From Alphaproteobacteria bacterium (lineage in GTDB: Bacteria; Pseudomonadota; Alphaproteobacteria; UBA828): a stretch of 64,000 nucleotides of DNA. The position numbers and the translations under genes were made by a program. Within the stretch, counting starts at the first letter, position 1. Every line of letters begins with the position of its first letter. Where the stretch lies: assembly GCA_965214705.1 (NCBI GenBank), contig OZ243972.1, forward strand, positions 928,001 to 992,000. The letters run 5' to 3'. Positions 62,864 to 64,000 of the stretch are shown here, one piece after another. The notes beneath the pieces are model-generated. The model did no database searches. It was given only the letters and a program-made list of their open reading frames with translations, and was not told the origin of the DNA.

Positions 62864-64000
62864 ATGCAGCGTGGGGAGATCGGTAGGTACGAAATCACGA
62901 GTGCAGGCAGCGAGCAAGTTCGCGCCTTCGTGCCACTGCCGCTGCCGCCAAACCCTCCTCTGACTCTGGATGGCTCCCTGCAACGCACACTCGAGGCCGC
63001 GACCCTCGCCCTGGGGCGGCTCGACGCGATCTCGACCCTGCTGCCCGATGAGACAATCTTCCTATACACCTATGTGCGCAAGGAAGCCGTTCTCTCCTCC
63101 CAGATCGAGGGGACGCAATCCACGCTATCGGACCTATTGCTGTTCGAGTTGGAGGAGGCGCCCGGCGTTCCAGTCGAAGATGTCGTCGAGGTTTCGAACT
63201 ACGTAGCGGCTCTCAATCACGGCCTCCATCGGTTGGAGGAGGACTTTCCGTTATGCAATCGGCTGATTCAGGAGATCCACGGTGTGCTGTTGTCACGCGG
63301 GCGGGGAAGCGACAAGGCGCTGGGTGAATTTCGCCGCCTCCAGAACTGGATCGGCGGCGCGCGGCCCGGCGACGCCGAATTCGTACCACCGCCCCACACC
63401 GCCGTGCCGGATTGCATGACGGCGCTCGAACGTTTCTACCATTCGGATGACGGGATGCCCTTCCTCATCCGCGCAGGACTGGCACATGTCCAGTTCGAGA
63501 CCATCCATCCCTTCCTGGACGGCAACGGGCGTGTGGGACGACTGCTGATCACACTCCTGCTCTGCAATGCGGGTGTGCTACGCCAGCCTCTCCTCTACCT
63601 GAGCCTTTACTTCAAGCAACGCCGCAGCGAGTACTACGACCTGTTGAACCGCGTACGGCGTACCGGCGACTGGGAAGAATGGCTCGCCTTCTTCCTCGAA
63701 GGCGTGCGGGTCACGGCCGAGGGTGCGGTCACCACATCCCGCCGCTTGGTGGACGTGTTCGCGTCGGATCGGGCCGCTATCGAACGACATATCGGCCGCC
63801 GCGCGGGCTCGGCGATACGAGTGCACGATGCGTTGAAGGCGCGGCCAGTCGTGTCGCTACCCCAGGTTTGTGTTCAAACCGGCCTTTCGTTCCCGGCCGC
63901 ATCAGCTGCGATGCAGTCACTCGTAGAACAGGGCATCGCACGCGAACTGACTGGCAGGACCCGCAACAGAAAGTTCGCCTACGACCGCTACCTTTCCATC
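62864..64000 (+). CDS. Fic family protein (N-terminal DUF4172-like region, Fic core, probable C-terminal HTH); runs off the window, so missing from the ORF track
   Basis: MQRGEIGRY..AFVPLPLPP, EAVLSSQIEGT, FETIHPFLDGNGRVGR, C-terminal ELTGRTRNRKFAY. Confidence 0.92.
   Translation, partial: MQRGEIGRYEITSAGSEQVRAFVPLPLPPNPPLTLDGSLQRTLEAATLALGRLDAISTLLPDETIFLYTYVRKEAVLSSQIEGTQSTLSDLLLFELEEAPGVPVEDVVEVSNYVAALNHGLHRLEEDFPLCNRLIQEIHGVLLSRGRGSDKALGEFRRLQNWIGGARPGDAEFVPPPHTAVPDCMTALERFYHSDDGMPFLIRAGLAHVQFETIHPFLDGNGRVGRLLITLLLCNAGVLRQPLLYLSLYFKQRRSEYYDLLNRVRRTGDWEEWLAFFLEGVRVTAEGAVTTSRRLVDVFASDRAAIERHIGRRAGSAIRVHDALKARPVVSLPQVCVQTGLSFPAASAAMQSLVEQGIARELTGRTRNRKFAYDRYLSI

Overview
High-GC (~70% by eye) bacterial chromosome segment. 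Gene content and order point to Alphaproteobacteria (inference). It holds: a lipid A block (msbA, DUF374/LpxJ-like, waaA, lpxK, lpxL); the conserved rplU-rpmA-obgE-proB-proA-nadD-rsfS-rlmH run; etfBA-hbd; a polyamine uptake/gamma-glutamylation cluster (potFGHI, puuA/puuB-like); a TPR/2OG-Fe(II) oxygenase fusion behind a carbohydrate-type ABC transporter; a cyclophilin broken by one TAG; pccBA; creatinase; a P450; a J-domain protein with cobST; many catabolic oxidoreductases; and a truncated Fic gene at the right edge. There are two mobile elements. One is an IS1380-family IS (37921-39531) with a CTAG duplication. The other is a tyrosine recombinase plus IS91-type HUH/Y2 transposase module (55440-58063). 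The second is the best candidate for an under-described system: it has perfect 16-bp terminal inverted repeats containing GTTC/GAAC and no target duplication, and it is followed directly by a perfect 19-bp GAGA-loop hairpin and a phased 10-bp repeat array. Two probable non-canonical start codons (ATA for rsfS, CTG for an LLM oxidoreductase) and a four-copy operator-like motif upstream of fic were also seen. No rRNA, tRNA or CRISPR array was recognised. All product calls come from motif recognition by eye, with no database search.
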